Assembly (NCBI RefSeq): GCF_030144855.1
Contig: NC_082729.1
Coordinates: 22,816,001 to 22,880,000, forward strand
Direction: 5' to 3'
DNA: 64,000 bases
Origin: Hypanus sabinus
Lineage: Eukaryota
Both the position numbers and the translations under genes were made by a program. Position 1 is the stretch's first letter, and each line of letters begins with the position of its first letter. Shown piece by piece: positions 61,490-64,000 of the stretch. The notes below the pieces were generated by a model, which saw only the letters and a program-made list of their open reading frames with translations, was not told where the DNA came from and ran no database searches.

Positions 61490-64000
61490 GGTAAAAGAGA
61501 AGCGAGACTGCGTGGCACGTGATGTCAGCCAGTAGAGCGCGAAAGGATTAGAAAGAAGACCACCGTATCCAGCGGGCAGCGGAGTGAGAGGGCATTGGCT
61601 CAACGGACAGGTGGTAACGGGACGAGGCTAAGTAGGTTTACCTGTGTTATTTGCGGAAAGGAGGAAGTATGTGTGTGAGGCCAGTTTTCTGTGCTCGGTG
61701 TCAGATGTGGGAGGTCTTGGAGTCTCACAGCCTCACGGTCGGTCATATCTGCACCTGGTGTGTCGAGCTGCAGCTCCTGAGGGACCGAGTTAGGGAACTG
61801 GAGGTGCAGCTCGATAACATTCGCCTGGTCAGGGTGAGCGAAGAGGTGATAGAAAGGAGTTATAGGCAACTGGTCACACCGGGGCAATGGGGACGGGCAA
61901 GTGGGTCACAGTCAGGAGGGGTAAGGGGAAAAGTCGGTTACTAGAGACTACACCTGTGGCTGTACCCCTTAACAATAAGTACTCCTGTTTGAGTACTGTT
62001 GGGAGGACAGCCTACCTGTGGGAAGCGGCAGTGGCCGTGCCTGTGGCACAGTATCTGGCCCTGTGGCTCAGACGTATAGGGAAAGGAAGAGGAAGGCAGT
62101 AGTGATAGGGGACTCTATAGTTAGGGGGTCAGACAGGCGATTCTGTGGACGCAGGAAAGAATTTCGGATGGTAGTTTGCCTGCCAGGTGCAGGGTCCGGA
62201 ATGTTTCGGATCGCAACCAAGATATCCTGCAGTGGGAGGGAGAACATCCAGAGATCGCGGTACATATTGGTACCAATGACATGGGTAGGAAAAGAGAAGA
62301 GGTGCTCAAAAAAGACTACAGGGTGTTGGGAAGGAAATTGAGAAGCAGGACTGCAAAGGTAGTAACCTCTGCCACGCGACGATGAGAATAGGAAAAGAAT
62401 GAGGTGAAGGATAAATGCGTGGCTGAGGGATTGGAGGAGAGGGCAGGGATTCAGATATCTGGATCATTGGGACCTCTTTTGGGGCAGGTGTGACCTGTAT
62501 AAAAAGGATTGCACTTGAATCCCAGGGGGACCAATATTCCGGCGGGAAGGTTTGCTAAGGCTACTGGGGATCGTTTAAACTAGAATTGTTGGGGGTAGGA
62601 ACCGAACTGAAGAGACTGGGGAAGAGGATGTTAGCTCACAAATAGAGAAAGCTTGTAGAAAGCGCGAGAGGGAGGACAGGTAGGTGATAGAGAAGGGACG
62701 CGCTCAGACCGAAGGCTTGAGATGTGTCTATTTTACTGTGAGGTGTGTTGTGAACACAGCGAATGAGCTTAGAGCGTGGACCAGTACAAGGAGATATGAT
62801 GTGGTGGCCATTACAAAGTCTTGGATGGCTCCAGGACAGGATTGGATACTTCAAGTGACGGGTTTTAGATGTTTCAGAAAGGACAGGGAGGGAAGCAAAA
62901 GAGGTGGGGCGTGGCACTGTTGATCACTGATACTGTCACGGCTGCAAAAAAAGGTGGGCGTCCCGGAGGGATTGTCTACGGCGTTCCTTTGGGTGGAGTT
63001 TAGGAACAGGAAGGGGTCAATAAATTTTGTTTTTGACAACTAACAAATACTAACAATTGTTTTTATAGGCCGCCCAATGGTAACAGGGATATCAAGGAGC
63101 AGATAGGGAAATAGATCCTGGAAAGGTGTAATAATAATAGAGTTGGCGTGATGGGAGATTTTAATTTCCCAAATGTCGAGTGGCAGCTCCCTGGAGCAAG
63201 GGGTTTAGATGAGCTGGAGTTTATTAGGTGTATGTAGATACGTTTACAAGAGAACAGGCTGTACTTGACTTGGTACTGGGAAATTAACCTGGGCAGGTGT
63301 CAGACCTCTCAGTTGGAGATATTTTGGAGATATCGATGATAATTCTGTCTCCTTCACGATAGCATTGGAGAAAGATAGGAACAGACAACTTAGAAAAGCG
63401 TTTAATTGGAGTAAGGGGAATTATGAGGCTATCAGGCTGGAAATTGGAGGCTTAAATTGGAAACAGATGTTCTCAGGGAAAAGTACGGAAGAGGTGTGGT
63501 AAATATTCAGGGGATATTTGTGTGGCGTTCTGAATAGGTACGGTCCACTGAGACAGCAAAGTTATGGTAGGAACCATGGTATACAAAGGCTTAATAGATG
63601 TGGTCAAAAAGGAAAGAAAAGCTGACAAAAGGTTCAGAGTGGTAGGTAATGCTAGAGATATAGAAGATTATAAGGCTAATACGAAGGAGTTTAGGAAGGA
63701 AATTAGGTGATCCAGAAGGGGGCATGAGAAGGCCTTGGCGGGCAGAATTAAGGAAACCCCCAAGGCATTCTACAAATATGTGAAGAACAAGAGGATAAGA
63801 CGTGAAAGAATAGGACCTATCAAGTGTGACAGTGGTAAAGTGTGTTTGGAACCGGAGGAAATAGCAAAGGTACTTAATGAATACTTTACTTCAGTAAAGT
63901 ATGGAAAAGGGCCTTAATGGTTGCAGTGATGACTTGCAGCAGACTGAAAAGCTTGAGCATGTAGATATTAAGAAAGAGAATGTGCTGGAACTTTTAGAAA
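61490..64000 (+). mobile_element. CR1 LINE with retained 5' end (5' UTR, ORF1, ORF2 5' half), runs off the window
   Basis: ORF1 from ATG 61669: CARCQMWE..ICTWCVELQLLRDRVRELE, VIGDSIVR, HIGTND; APE remnants; CACGTG at 61516; frameshifts. Confidence 0.92.

Overview
Repeat-dense vertebrate DNA with five assembly gaps. The repeat content (CR1 LINEs with SGNH-esterase ORF1, Penelope-like elements, Rex/Babar-like LINEs, tRNA-type SINEs, a 52-bp satellite) suggests a cartilaginous fish, probably a ray; this is inference. The window holds a birth-and-death cluster of single-coding-exon class A GPCRs of the chemoattractant group (C3aR/C5aR/CMKLR1/FPR-like). Two ORFs are intact and divergently oriented: 2988->2062 (-, 308 aa) and 43150->44088 (+, 312 aa). 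Both are atypical in the same ways: DRY/DRC is FRC/FRS, there is no Cys3.25 or ECL2 Cys, ECL2 is very short, and R5.42/D7.35 are absent. Comparing paralogous non-coding sequence by eye gives a repeated gene unit: 52-bp satellite, then a promoter with a PU.1/ETS core, a non-coding exon 1 ending GGGGAAG|GTGAGCT, an intron, and an ACCAG acceptor 7 nt before the ATG. About seven promoter copies are visible. Two drive the intact genes, one is an orphan promoter plus exon 1 (about 53.05-53.4 kb), three are fused directly to TM6-TM7 by what looks like one shared deletion, and one precedes a decayed TM1 remnant. Other items: two solo LTRs with TSDs, an L1 fragment nested in a CR1, minimal hammerhead-ribozyme motifs in Penelope tails, and a minisatellite amplified from inside a CR1. 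All alignments were made by eye and most repeat boundaries are approximate.
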